A stretch of 64,000 nucleotides of DNA, taken from Candidatus Latescibacterota bacterium (lineage in GTDB: Bacteria; Latescibacterota; UBA2968). Under the pieces are notes generated by a model that was given only the letters and a program-made list of their open reading frames with translations, was not told the origin of the DNA and searched no databases. The translations under genes were made by a program, and so were the position numbers. Numbering within the stretch: the first letter of the stretch is position 1; each line of letters opens with the position of its first letter. Shown one piece after another: positions 1-10,056 of the stretch. The DNA lies in the NCBI GenBank assembly GCA_965205975.1, contig OZ242195.1, positions 2,176,001-2,240,000 on the forward strand, read 5' to 3'.

Positions 1-291
1 TTATTGGTGCTGAATATCGATGATCCTGGTTTGATTCAGGTTGAAGAGTTTGCCCGTTTTTTGGGAACTTCGCCCAATCCTATATTGGTTGAGGTATTTC
101 AACACTGGTCTCCTGTCAATACACTGGCTTATCAACAGCACAGGAAGAATGAATCTGTGATTCGAAGGCCAGTTCCTAATGATGTAATAGACTTCAAAGC
201 GCATTTTCCCCAAATAGAAGGAACTGGGGTACGTTACCACAAATTGATGAAGCGAAGTTGCGAAAATTTGAGACTTAATTTTGAACCCTAA
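1..291 (+). CDS. 3' end of a gene entering from the window edge; possibly a sulfotransferase-family (P-loop) protein
   Basis: Frame 1 is open from base 1 to TAA at 289-291. LLVLNIDD...FARFLG..P......N resembles the 'LLv.....eGWepLc.FLg.p.P..pFP..N' C-terminus of sulfotransferase-like proteins. Confidence 0.35.
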   Translation, partial: LLVLNIDDPGLIQVEEFARFLGTSPNPILVEVFQHWSPVNTLAYQQHRKNESVIRRPVPNDVIDFKAHFPQIEGTGVRYHKLMKRSCENLRLNFEP

Positions 292-456
292 GCTATTTAT
301 TCTCAAGCATATTTCGAATAACAAACACCGTTTTTATCGCGTTGAATTAACAGCCAATATGTGGATATTTTAGATATTATTCGGCTATTGGCTGTTTCAT
401 TTATCTATTCACTTCCTGGACATTTTCAAGATTCTCAACATTTGGTAGAAAGCAAA

Positions 457-2235
457 ATGAAAAAAAACAAAGATATGATCGCATTCTTTTTAAAATTCGT
501 CATTCCCTACTGGCATTATGGCCTGATTGTCCTCGCCGTTATGCTGGTCGGAATAGCTACATCACTTGTATTTCCATACATCTTCAAAATTATTGTTGAT
601 GAAGCACTGCCGGCACAAGATTATGAGTATTTGGTGATGCTGGTCGGCATATTGCTGGGGATCACGGGTCTCAATTTGATCCTATCGTTTGTATCGTACT
701 ATGTGTATAACTGGATCAACAACCGTGTCATCAATGACATGCGGAGTACAATTTTTGCACACCTTCTCTATGTTCCTTTTGAATTTCATCAAAAAACAAA
801 GACGGGCGATCTGGTACACAGGATCAACAACGACATCGGTATCATCAGAAATTTTCTCACCTCAAGTGCATTCAACTTTTTGCACAGTTGCTTGATGCTA
901 TTGGGGCTATCGACAATTATGGCCTATTTGAATGTGAAACTCTTCCTCCTGTGTTTGATTGCAGCCCCTATCTTTATTGCCAACCTGATTTATTTTCGTC
1001 CCAAAATTAAAAATGTCACAGAAGAACGCCAAAAGGAGCGGTCTGAGTTGCTCAGCTTCTATGTCGAGCGATTTAGCCGTGTTTTACTGATTCAGTCTCA
1101 CAACGGATATGGGATTGAAAAGAATATATTAGACAAGAGGCTATCTACACTGATGGACTTAAATTTGCGAAATGTCTTCTATTCTGCTTCTATGGGTACG
1201 ATATCTGGCGGAGTCCGCGCTGCGGTCCCCGCATTGATCTTACTCGTTGGGGGGTATCAAGTCATAATGGGCACGATGAGTTTGGGAAGTCTTTTTGCCT
1301 TTCTCCAGTATTTTTCCCGCATATTTTCGCCAATTCAGAGTTTAAATGGCTTGTACGTCAACTATGTACGGACAGCCGTTTCTATGCGTCGCATATTAGA
1401 CCTGATGGAAATTCCCGCGGTATCTTCAAAATCTCATCCCCAGGCCCAGCCCTTTGCGCTTCAAGATCGCATTCGGTTTGAGAATGTTCACCACGCTTAT
1501 GAAAAGGAAAAAATTGTTGAGAATTTGAATTTAGAATTAGTGAAAGGAAAGTCTTATGCATTGATCGGTCCAAGCGGATGCGGTAAAACCACATTACTCC
1601 ATTTACTGTGTGGATTTGTCCAGCCACAGAATGGCTGTGTCACCATTGACGGTGTTAATATTCAAGACATGGATATACATGACCTGAGAAATCATATTGC
1701 TTATGGCACACAAGCACCCTTACTCTACCAGGACAGCATCCGGGCCAATATTTCTTATGGCAATTCGGAAATTCACGCTGAGGCTGTTGAAAGTGTTTTC
1801 AATGCTATGGGTTTTGAAAATCTCAGCCTGGACACCCTTGTTGGTGACCAGGGAACGAAAATTTCTGGCGGTCAACAGCAACGCATTGCGCTTGCTCGTT
1901 TATTGCTGAAGAAGGGTGATATTCTACTGCTCGATGAGGCGACCTCAGCACTCGATTCTGAGAGCGAAGGCGTTATATACGACTTATTGCGTTCACATTA
2001 TCGAGACAAGACGATTCTCGTGGTCAGCCATCGCTGGTCCACGATACAAAAGGTTGAGGAAGTGATTTGCCTGTCAGATGGCGAAGTCGCAGAACAGGGA
2101 ACCCCTGAGGAACTGATGCAAAAACGCGGGGTTTGCTGGCGGCTGTTTCAAGACCAGCATCGCAAATCTTTTGAGCCGAACCGTGAATTAAGAGAGACTA
2201 AACCCTCTGAACGTCTCGCCCTATTGAAAAGTTGA
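457..2235 (+). CDS. ABC exporter, fused permease + ATPase (MsbA/peptide-exporter type)
   Basis: N-terminal TM domain; Walker A GPSGCGKT, signature ISGGQQQR, Walker B ILLLDEATSALD, H-loop VSHR. ATG 457 preferred over GTG 361. Confidence 0.92.
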   Translation: MKKNKDMIAFFLKFVIPYWHYGLIVLAVMLVGIATSLVFPYIFKIIVDEALPAQDYEYLVMLVGILLGITGLNLILSFVSYYVYNWINNRVINDMRSTIFAHLLYVPFEFHQKTKTGDLVHRINNDIGIIRNFLTSSAFNFLHSCLMLLGLSTIMAYLNVKLFLLCLIAAPIFIANLIYFRPKIKNVTEERQKERSELLSFYVERFSRVLLIQSHNGYGIEKNILDKRLSTLMDLNLRNVFYSASMGTISGGVRAAVPALILLVGGYQVIMGTMSLGSLFAFLQYFSRIFSPIQSLNGLYVNYVRTAVSMRRILDLMEIPAVSSKSHPQAQPFALQDRIRFENVHHAYEKEKIVENLNLELVKGKSYALIGPSGCGKTTLLHLLCGFVQPQNGCVTIDGVNIQDMDIHDLRNHIAYGTQAPLLYQDSIRANISYGNSEIHAEAVESVFNAMGFENLSLDTLVGDQGTKISGGQQQRIALARLLLKKGDILLLDEATSALDSESEGVIYDLLRSHYRDKTILVVSHRWSTIQKVEEVICLSDGEVAEQGTPEELMQKRGVCWRLFQDQHRKSFEPNRELRETKPSERLALLKS

Positions 2236-2275
2236 TGTTTATCTTTTGATATTAGGAGAAGATTAGAGATGTATT

Positions 2276-2301
2276 AAATCCCTTGCTTCAAGGGATTTTT
2301 T
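2276..2301 (+). terminator. Intrinsic terminator after the ABC exporter
   Basis: aaatcccttg-ctt-caagggattt hairpin ending in a T-run. Confidence 0.7.
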
Positions 2302-2364
2302 ACTTGATATTGTCTGAAACCGACTATTTGACATCTCTTGATGGTAGGTAATGGGCTCAAAATT

Positions 2365-3603
2365 ATGAATCAAAAAAACAAAAAATGGATATGGGTCATT
2401 GTCGGGGCTTTTGGTATTGGTCTCTATTTCCTTGAATTTGGTCTCAAGGCTGAAAATACCGCGATTCCCCAGAGCACGGGAGAAAGCACACCGATTGAGA
2501 CATCCGTTGAAGCGCGCAAAGTTCAGATAGACATAGAACCTGTGCCGGTTGAGGTGGCAATCGCACAAAAACAAAAATTGATACAACACGTCCGGGCGAC
2601 GGGTTATACTGAGGCACTGCAAGAAATGTCGATGATCTCGCAACAGGGCGGGCAGATTACTGAATTGCCGATTCGAGAAAATATGCTTGTGGAACGGGAT
2701 CAACTCTTATTGGCCTTAAATTCAGAAGAACAAAGGCAAGCATTCATCGATGCCCAAAACCTCTACACGTCAAAATTGTCACAATATGCTGTTGAACTGG
2801 GATTTGATTCTTCAACAAGTGCAAATATTTTGGAGAAGGCTGAAGAACATTTCCAGACCTCTATGGCTGAAGAGTTAGAGAGAGTTGACCGTCAAACAAA
2901 AAATCGTGAGGCGGATGTAATCGATAAATCGACCAAATACAACCGACTCTGGTTGATCGCTGGTCGAGTGGGGTTGATTACTGCCTGGACCAATTTGGAA
3001 CGCGCCAGATTAACCCTTGAGCAAACAAGGCTCTATGCTCCTTTTGACGGGCATATTGTGGAATTGAAACTCGCTGTGGGAAGTTGGATCAAAAACGGTG
3101 AGGAAGTCCTGCGACTGATTGATTTAGATCAAGTGGTTGTCAATTCTCGCGTGTTGGAGAGCGAGATGCGCCATATCAATGTGGGATCACCTGCTCAGGT
3201 GATTTTTGTTGCGTATCCCGATACGGTTTATACGGGAACAGTCGATGTGATTCGCTCTGTGATTGATCCCGAAACCGGCACTTGCGAGGTGCGTATTCTA
3301 ATCGACAATCCCAGTTTCAGGCTAAAACCCGGCATGTTTGCCAATGCTCAAATTGCGGCTCGCGTTTACAATCACAGGTTGGTCGTAAGAACCGATGCTA
3401 TCTTAAATCGAGATGAGAGAGATGTCGTTTTTGTTGTCGAAAATGGACTGGCAAAATGGCGATATATCGCGAGCGATCTAAAAAATGAGATTTACACGGA
3501 GATCTTAAACGGTGTTCAAGAAGGAGATTCCGTAATTGTATCTGGGCATTACAACCTCGCTCACGACACACCTGTTGCGGTTGTCAAGACGATTGAGCCG
3601 TAA
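2365..3603 (+). CDS. RND efflux periplasmic adaptor (membrane fusion protein)
   Basis: N-terminal TM anchor, LYAPFDG lipoyl motif, IDPETGT and LKPGMFA motifs; lies upstream of RND permeases. Confidence 0.92.
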   Translation: MNQKNKKWIWVIVGAFGIGLYFLEFGLKAENTAIPQSTGESTPIETSVEARKVQIDIEPVPVEVAIAQKQKLIQHVRATGYTEALQEMSMISQQGGQITELPIRENMLVERDQLLLALNSEEQRQAFIDAQNLYTSKLSQYAVELGFDSSTSANILEKAEEHFQTSMAEELERVDRQTKNREADVIDKSTKYNRLWLIAGRVGLITAWTNLERARLTLEQTRLYAPFDGHIVELKLAVGSWIKNGEEVLRLIDLDQVVVNSRVLESEMRHINVGSPAQVIFVAYPDTVYTGTVDVIRSVIDPETGTCEVRILIDNPSFRLKPGMFANAQIAARVYNHRLVVRTDAILNRDERDVVFVVENGLAKWRYIASDLKNEIYTEILNGVQEGDSVIVSGHYNLAHDTPVAVVKTIEP

Positions 3604-3625
3604 AATTTAAGAGATTCTGGACAGA

Positions 3626-6600
3626 ATGCATATCTCCGAACTATCAGTCAAAAGACCCGTTGCGACTTTCATGTTTTTTGTCGCGTTCTGCCTTTTGGGA
3701 GCTTTTGGATTTTCCCATTTAAGCGTGGAACTGCTTCCCGATATTGCGATTCCCCGTCTGGTGATAGAAACGAGATTTCCTGGGGCTGCGCCCGAGGAAG
3801 TTGAGACCCAAATAACGCAACAAATTGAATCTCAGTTTGCGACACTCAAGGCAGTGAGAAACATACAATCGGTATCGAAATCGGGCATCTCCCTTGTTAC
3901 GCTCGAGTTTTATTGGGGCACACAGATGGATCAAGTACTCCTGGAAGTGCGGGAAAAACTCGATGACTTGTCTTACGCACTTCCAGAATCTGCCGGGAGG
4001 CCAAATCTTTTGCGATTTGATCCGGCTGCCGATCCGATTATGACCTTAGTTGTCACTTCTGGTCGCCTTGAAAATCCCAAGAATCAGCGCGATGCAACCG
4101 AAGCGTTAATGGAGCTTAAAAATTTTGTCACATTTATTGTCAAACGCAGGTTGGAGCAAATCAATGGCATTGCACAAGCCGTTATTTTAGGTGGGCTTGA
4201 ACGCGAAATAAGGGTTATTGTCGATATAAACCGCCTCAATAGCATGGGCATTGCATTGAATCAGGTCGCTCAAGCACTTGACCGCAACAACTGGACACAG
4301 CAGTCTGCAGGCACAATCCGAAAAGGACTCTTCCGATACTCATTCAGAGCCATTGGGCAATTTCAAGACGTAGAGGATATTCAAAAAACCATCGTTGGAC
4401 ATAAACCCAATGGAGCAGTGATTTCTCTTTCCGATGTGGCATCCGTTTCTAATACCTATCGAGAAAGATCTGGTTTTACAAATTGGAATGGACGCGAGAT
4501 TGTCGCGTTGTCCATCTTAAAAGAGGGCAGTAGCAACACCGTCTTGAGCTGTCGGGAAGTACATCGAATATTGGGTCAAATACAGCGCGAATTTCCAGGC
4601 TTTAAGGTAGGGGTTATTTCAGATCAAGGATTTTTTATTGAGCAAGCCATTAACAATGTTTTAATGGCCCTTTTTTTAGGAGCCTGCTGTGCCTTCGGTG
4701 TTCTGTTTCTGTTTTTAAGGGGTGGGAAAATTCCCGCGATGGTCGGTGTCGCCATCCCGATAGCAATCACTGCGACATTCATTCTCCTGTTCCTTCTGGA
4801 CATAAATTTTAACGTTATTTCCTTAGGCGGCCTGGCATTAGGCACGGGATTGATCGTCGATAATTCCATCGTTGTTTTGGAAAATATTCAAAGACACCGT
4901 GAAAGCGGCAGGCCGCTTATGGCGGCTGCAATTTCTGGAAGTCGTGAAATTAGCCTTGCGGTCACAGCATCAACACTGACCACTGTATCCGTTTTTTTCC
5001 CACTAATTTTTGTAAAAGGATTGGCAGGAGAACTCTTTTTTGATCTGTCAATGGCTGTGACCTGTGTACTTTTAATCTCCCTATTGGTATCTTTAACCCT
5101 GCTCCCAATGTTGATTTCTCGTCTCAGCGACATGGAGCAAACGCCATCTGATCACAGGTCAGGGGCTATAATACGCGGTTTCTTACAGGGCCCTGTTATG
5201 CGGCCTATTTTTTTTGTTTTTAATCTCCTTTTTGACGCATTTCAAACCGCGTTTAACGCATTTGCCCGCTGGTATGAAGCGCGGTTGCGGTGGGTGATTC
5301 AACACCGCGTCTTTGTAATCTGCATTTATGGATGCCTGCTGGGACTCTCTGCCTATCTGTATTTGGGGCTTAAAAAAGAGCTTGTACCATCGGTTGACCA
5401 GCGAGGCATCACAATTAAAATTTCTCTGCCCCAGGGAACAGACCTGCTCGCCACGCGCCATATTGCCAGTAAAGTAGAAAGTTTATTTTTCAATCAGCCA
5501 GGAGTCAAAGATGTCTTCTCTCAAGTGGGCATTGTACATGCAGTTTTGTCAACACAACGCGATGAGTTATCCATAGAAACTGCAAAAATTGAAGTGCGAT
5601 TCAAGGAGGGTTATTCTTTTGATCCATTTATTCAAAGCGTTCAGGAGGTCGCAAAGAACTATCCCAATTGCGATATCGAAATACAAGAACCCCAGTCCCC
5701 TTTTGTAACGCTTTTTCAGATGTCTTCGCGTGAGGTTCAAATGCGTTTCTTTGGACCTGACCTGAAAAAATGCGAATCTATCGCACAGAATATTGCAAAG
5801 ACACTGACCACCTGGCCCTCACTCGATTTCATTCGAGTTGTTCCGAAACTTGGAAACCCCGAATACCACATTTACATCGACCGGGATCGCACCGCCCACT
5901 ATGGTATTACATCACAGCAGATCATTGATTTTTTGAGCGCGTACTTGCGAGGTGTTGAGGCGAGCCAGATTGAAGCCTTTGGTGGTAAGACACCTCTCGA
6001 AGTGACAATAAAACGAGATGTACAGGTGCAATTGTCCGATCTCTTGAACGCTGAAATACCGCATCCGTCCGGCACTATGCTGCCCATGCGGGAGTTTATT
6101 CGCGTGAGAGAAGGCGTAGGATATGCCGAAATCCGACATGAAAAGGGCACGAGAGTTGTGGCAATTTTGGCGGATGTTCGGGGAGAAGACCCCGTCGAGA
6201 TTTCCCAGAAATTACAGGCGTATCTCAATCAATTGGAAATACCCGAAGGATATGATGTTGAAATCGCGGGACAAAATGCCTTCATCGCGGAGTCACTGGA
6301 TAATTTAACTGTCATTATTGCCCTGTCGATTGCACTCGTTTTTATGGTCATTGCGTCCCATTTTGAGTCTCTGCGGCTGCCATTTGTTATTCTCACGGCA
6401 GTTCCACTTGCCATGGCAGGTGTCGTTCTTATCCTCCTGATCACAGGACAATCTCTGAATATTATGTCTCTGATTGGCATTGTGGTGCTGGTGGGCATTG
6501 TCGTAAATGATTCTATTGTTAAAATCGATTTTATTGATAAGCGATATAAAGAAGGCGCGACTCTGCTGGTCGCGATTCAGGAAGCCGGGCAAAAACGTCT

Positions 6601-6787
6601 TCGACCTATTGTTATGACGACGGTGACAACAATTTTGGGATTGGTTCCCATGGCTCTTAGCAAAGGGGTAGGTGCTGAGTTGTGGCATCCGCTTGCGTGG
6701 ACGATTATTGGGGGTATGGGGTTGTCAACCTTTTTGATTTTATTTGCTGTGCCTGCCTTGTATGGCATAGTAGTGCGTAAAAACTGA
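3626..6787 (+). CDS. RND efflux permease (AcrB/AcrD/AcrF family), subunit 1
   Basis: 1053 aa; SVKRPVAT start, PGAAPEEVE, IVDNSIVVLENI, RLRPIVMTT. Confidence 0.95.
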   Translation: MHISELSVKRPVATFMFFVAFCLLGAFGFSHLSVELLPDIAIPRLVIETRFPGAAPEEVETQITQQIESQFATLKAVRNIQSVSKSGISLVTLEFYWGTQMDQVLLEVREKLDDLSYALPESAGRPNLLRFDPAADPIMTLVVTSGRLENPKNQRDATEALMELKNFVTFIVKRRLEQINGIAQAVILGGLEREIRVIVDINRLNSMGIALNQVAQALDRNNWTQQSAGTIRKGLFRYSFRAIGQFQDVEDIQKTIVGHKPNGAVISLSDVASVSNTYRERSGFTNWNGREIVALSILKEGSSNTVLSCREVHRILGQIQREFPGFKVGVISDQGFFIEQAINNVLMALFLGACCAFGVLFLFLRGGKIPAMVGVAIPIAITATFILLFLLDINFNVISLGGLALGTGLIVDNSIVVLENIQRHRESGRPLMAAAISGSREISLAVTASTLTTVSVFFPLIFVKGLAGELFFDLSMAVTCVLLISLLVSLTLLPMLISRLSDMEQTPSDHRSGAIIRGFLQGPVMRPIFFVFNLLFDAFQTAFNAFARWYEARLRWVIQHRVFVICIYGCLLGLSAYLYLGLKKELVPSVDQRGITIKISLPQGTDLLATRHIASKVESLFFNQPGVKDVFSQVGIVHAVLSTQRDELSIETAKIEVRFKEGYSFDPFIQSVQEVAKNYPNCDIEIQEPQSPFVTLFQMSSREVQMRFFGPDLKKCESIAQNIAKTLTTWPSLDFIRVVPKLGNPEYHIYIDRDRTAHYGITSQQIIDFLSAYLRGVEASQIEAFGGKTPLEVTIKRDVQVQLSDLLNAEIPHPSGTMLPMREFIRVREGVGYAEIRHEKGTRVVAILADVRGEDPVEISQKLQAYLNQLEIPEGYDVEIAGQNAFIAESLDNLTVIIALSIALVFMVIASHFESLRLPFVILTAVPLAMAGVVLILLITGQSLNIMSLIGIVVLVGIVVNDSIVKIDFIDKRYKEGATLLVAIQEAGQKRLRPIVMTTVTTILGLVPMALSKGVGAELWHPLAWTIIGGMGLSTFLILFAVPALYGIVVRKN

Positions 6788-9700
6788 TGACATTTACCGA
6801 TAAATTACAAAAGCGCCCCATAGCGGTCGCCATGTTTACGATTGCGGTCATTTCAATTGGCATGATTGCTGTTTTGCAATTGCCTATTGAATTGTTGCCC
6901 GCTCTGGAATATCCCCGGATGAGTCTTTCTGCGTCCTGGAAAGGGGCTTCACCGGAATCGATAGAGTCACAATTAACAACGCCTCTTGAAGCGATCGCTG
7001 TCAGCATCCCCGGCGTTAAGAGTGTGAGTTCCAGTTCTGGTTTTGGATATGCACAGTTGACAATAGAGCTGTTGAGAACAGCCAACCCGACATTCGTACG
7101 TCTGGAGTTAAAAGACAAATTGGCGCGTTTCTATGAGCAACTTCCCGAAGAGATTAAACCTCCTAAAATTCGACCTTATATTCCCCAGGAATTTCGCGAT
7201 AAAATTGGTTTTATGCGTCTGAGAATAACAGGATCCAAAAGCCTTGATCAACTTCGCAAAATTTCAGAAGAAGTTTTAAGGCCTGGACTTATTGGTATGG
7301 ATGGAGTTGGTGAAATTAGCATCGCTGGAGGGGCACAGAAAGTCTTGCGGATTCAGGTTTCGCGAGCACTGATGCATTCTCTGGACCTGGATCTCCAGGA
7401 TATTTATCGACAAATTTCTGCGTTTAACAAAAAAATTTATCTCGGGAAAATATCCAATAATGACCAGACATTCTGGGTCAAATTGGAATCTTTGGATACA
7501 CACCCTGTTTCCGCGCTTTCCAAATTGCCAATTTCAGCAGATGATCTGACTGTTTTGCTCGGTGATATAGCGACCATAAAATACGATTATGACGATCCCG
7601 AAACGTTCTTTCGAATCAATGGGCGCGACTTTGTCGTCATGGAAATCACGCGCGAACCGGGATCTAATATCCTGGCCCTTGCAGACGATATTCACAAAAA
7701 ATTGGAGAATTTCAAAAAAGAAAGTGCTTTACCGCCTGATGTCAAAATCGATGTCATTCAAGACAGAAGTCAGGACCTAAAAGAAGATATTTCAGTTTTA
7801 CTTAAAAGTGTGGTTTTTTCCGCCGGGTGTCTGTTCTTGATTTTGCTTGTTGCATTTCGGTCCATGGCAGCCGTTATCATTGTATTTGTTTCTTTAATAT
7901 TTTCTCTATGTTTGACGTTTATTGTGATGTTCTTTTGCAAAATCAGTGTGAACAGCGTGACGTTGATAGGGCTTGGCATTGCATTGGGCATCATGGCAGA
8001 CAACGCCATTGTGGTTATTGATCGGTTGCAAAAAGACCACGCGACTCGCAAAACTGGTGAATTAGAAGAGCGTGGTATTCAAAGTGTTAGAATGCCCATA
8101 TTCGCATCTACGCTTACGACACTTGGCGCGTTTTTACCTCTGGTCATTTTATCTGCTCAAACAAAGCTTTATCTGATACCCTTTGCCATTGTCGTATCAA
8201 GTGCTCTTGTGGCCTCGACTTTGTCTGCTTTTACACTGGTTTATGTCGCTACACACCACTTTATTTTGCGATTTGAAAAAAATTATCCGCAAGAAGTTAT
8301 TTCTGATGAGACAGAATCCGAAAAACGAGATGGGTGGCGGGCTACATATTGGTGGCTATTGAATAAAACGATTCGCTACCGACGCTTTGCTATAATTGCG
8401 ATGGTGTGGTTATTTGGAATACCATTGTGGCTTTTGCCAGATAATATGGCGTCGAATATTCAAAGCAAAGAGCGTGCGAGGGAGTTATCTACCACACGGA
8501 TGATTAAATCGCAGTTTGCTGAATTATACGATGCGATCTTTGCAAGTGAGGCATACTTGAATGCAAGACCGTATATCGACAAGGTATTGGGAGGAAGCCA
8601 TTATTTATTTTATCGCCATGTTCCAATTGTTGGTTCCGTGGGGGGGCGTGTAAGATTAGAAGATAGCTATGTAACTGTCGATATTAAAATGCCTCGTTAT
8701 ACAGAGGTCAAATACCTTTTACAAGTCGTGTCGGCTTTTGAAACCCATTTGGACAAATTATCTTCAGATATTTATTATGAAACGCGGGTTGCGAATAATT
8801 ACGAAGCCCTTTTGAAGGTTAAAATGGCGCGCAGGCAGGATCCAGATGATTTATTGATTGAGCTACAACAGGTATTTGAGCAGGTGGCTGTTTCGCTTGG
8901 CGGCATAGAATGTTCAGTTCAAGGGTATGGCCCGGGATTTCGGAATCTGAGAGGGGCTGATATCTCAAAACTTGTCACTTCTGTGAGTGGTTATAATTAT
9001 TTGAAAGTAAAAGAAATAGCGCAAGAATTAGCTGTGGAAATCTCTAAACACAGACGTTTTTCTAATATTTCAATAGATCAAGCATCATTTGGCAGAAAAC
9101 CTGCATGGAATGTTGTCGCAATACCAGATAGAGAGCAATTGTGGAAAGCGCGTGAAGACGTTGGTACTATGTTCAGCCGTATTTCCAGTTTAACCTTATC
9201 GGACGGGATTTATCGGTCTGCTATAGGGGGACAAAAGAGGGGCATTCCAGTATATATAGATTATCTCTCAGAAGATCGCGTCCATACGATTTCTGACCTG
9301 AACAAACAAACACAGGCGACAGAAAGGGTATTAGTAGAAGATATTGCACAAATCGAAAAAAGCCCCACACTACCTGTTATTAATAGAAAAAATCAAGCCT
9401 ACTCGCGTTTGGTGACCAGTGACTACGCAGGGCTGCGCCGCTATGGCGGTCGAATTATCTGGGAGGTACAAGACGCAATGATTTTGCCTCTGGGATATGG
9501 TTTTAACAGGGGAGGATTTGGTTTCTTTGATGATGAAGGGACATTGTGGGGCGCCGTTCTTCTGAGTGCTATTCTCATTTATATGATTTTGTCCGCACTA
9601 TATGAATCATTTCGACAACCTTTTATTATTCTCTGGACTGTGCCCATGGCTTTTATTGGGCTTTTTCTTGTGTTTTTCATTTCTGACGGCGTATTTACAC

Positions 9701-10056
9701 AGGGTGGGTATTTTGCGATGGTGTTCTTGATCGGGATTTCTGTTAATAACGCAATCATCTTGCTCTATCAGCTACAAAAAAGAGCAGCGAAGAATCAAGC
9801 CCCTCTTCTCCAGTCGGCAATATTCGAGGTGTGTCTGAGTCGGCTTCGCCCCATTCTGGTCACTGGCGCGACTTCTATAGGCGGGTTATTGCCCTTCTTA
9901 ATCTGGTTTCCAAACGGCACACTCTGGCACGCTTTTGCCCTGGGTACTGTCGGTGGACTCTGTTTTTCCTCTGTTGGCGTATTATTGATACTCCCCGCGC
10001 TTTTTTTTAGGAAAACCCATTTTCAACGCTCTCGCCCCGATACAAACAAATCATAA
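6787..10056 (+). CDS. RND efflux permease (AcrB family), divergent subunit 2
   Basis: 1089 aa; GASPESIE, ADNAIVV, RLRPILVT; start overlaps the previous stop (TGATG). Confidence 0.92.
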   Translation: MTFTDKLQKRPIAVAMFTIAVISIGMIAVLQLPIELLPALEYPRMSLSASWKGASPESIESQLTTPLEAIAVSIPGVKSVSSSSGFGYAQLTIELLRTANPTFVRLELKDKLARFYEQLPEEIKPPKIRPYIPQEFRDKIGFMRLRITGSKSLDQLRKISEEVLRPGLIGMDGVGEISIAGGAQKVLRIQVSRALMHSLDLDLQDIYRQISAFNKKIYLGKISNNDQTFWVKLESLDTHPVSALSKLPISADDLTVLLGDIATIKYDYDDPETFFRINGRDFVVMEITREPGSNILALADDIHKKLENFKKESALPPDVKIDVIQDRSQDLKEDISVLLKSVVFSAGCLFLILLVAFRSMAAVIIVFVSLIFSLCLTFIVMFFCKISVNSVTLIGLGIALGIMADNAIVVIDRLQKDHATRKTGELEERGIQSVRMPIFASTLTTLGAFLPLVILSAQTKLYLIPFAIVVSSALVASTLSAFTLVYVATHHFILRFEKNYPQEVISDETESEKRDGWRATYWWLLNKTIRYRRFAIIAMVWLFGIPLWLLPDNMASNIQSKERARELSTTRMIKSQFAELYDAIFASEAYLNARPYIDKVLGGSHYLFYRHVPIVGSVGGRVRLEDSYVTVDIKMPRYTEVKYLLQVVSAFETHLDKLSSDIYYETRVANNYEALLKVKMARRQDPDDLLIELQQVFEQVAVSLGGIECSVQGYGPGFRNLRGADISKLVTSVSGYNYLKVKEIAQELAVEISKHRRFSNISIDQASFGRKPAWNVVAIPDREQLWKAREDVGTMFSRISSLTLSDGIYRSAIGGQKRGIPVYIDYLSEDRVHTISDLNKQTQATERVLVEDIAQIEKSPTLPVINRKNQAYSRLVTSDYAGLRRYGGRIIWEVQDAMILPLGYGFNRGGFGFFDDEGTLWGAVLLSAILIYMILSALYESFRQPFIILWTVPMAFIGLFLVFFISDGVFTQGGYFAMVFLIGISVNNAIILLYQLQKRAAKNQAPLLQSAIFEVCLSRLRPILVTGATSIGGLLPFLIWFPNGTLWHAFALGTVGGLCFSSVGVLLILPALFFRKTHFQRSRPDTNKS

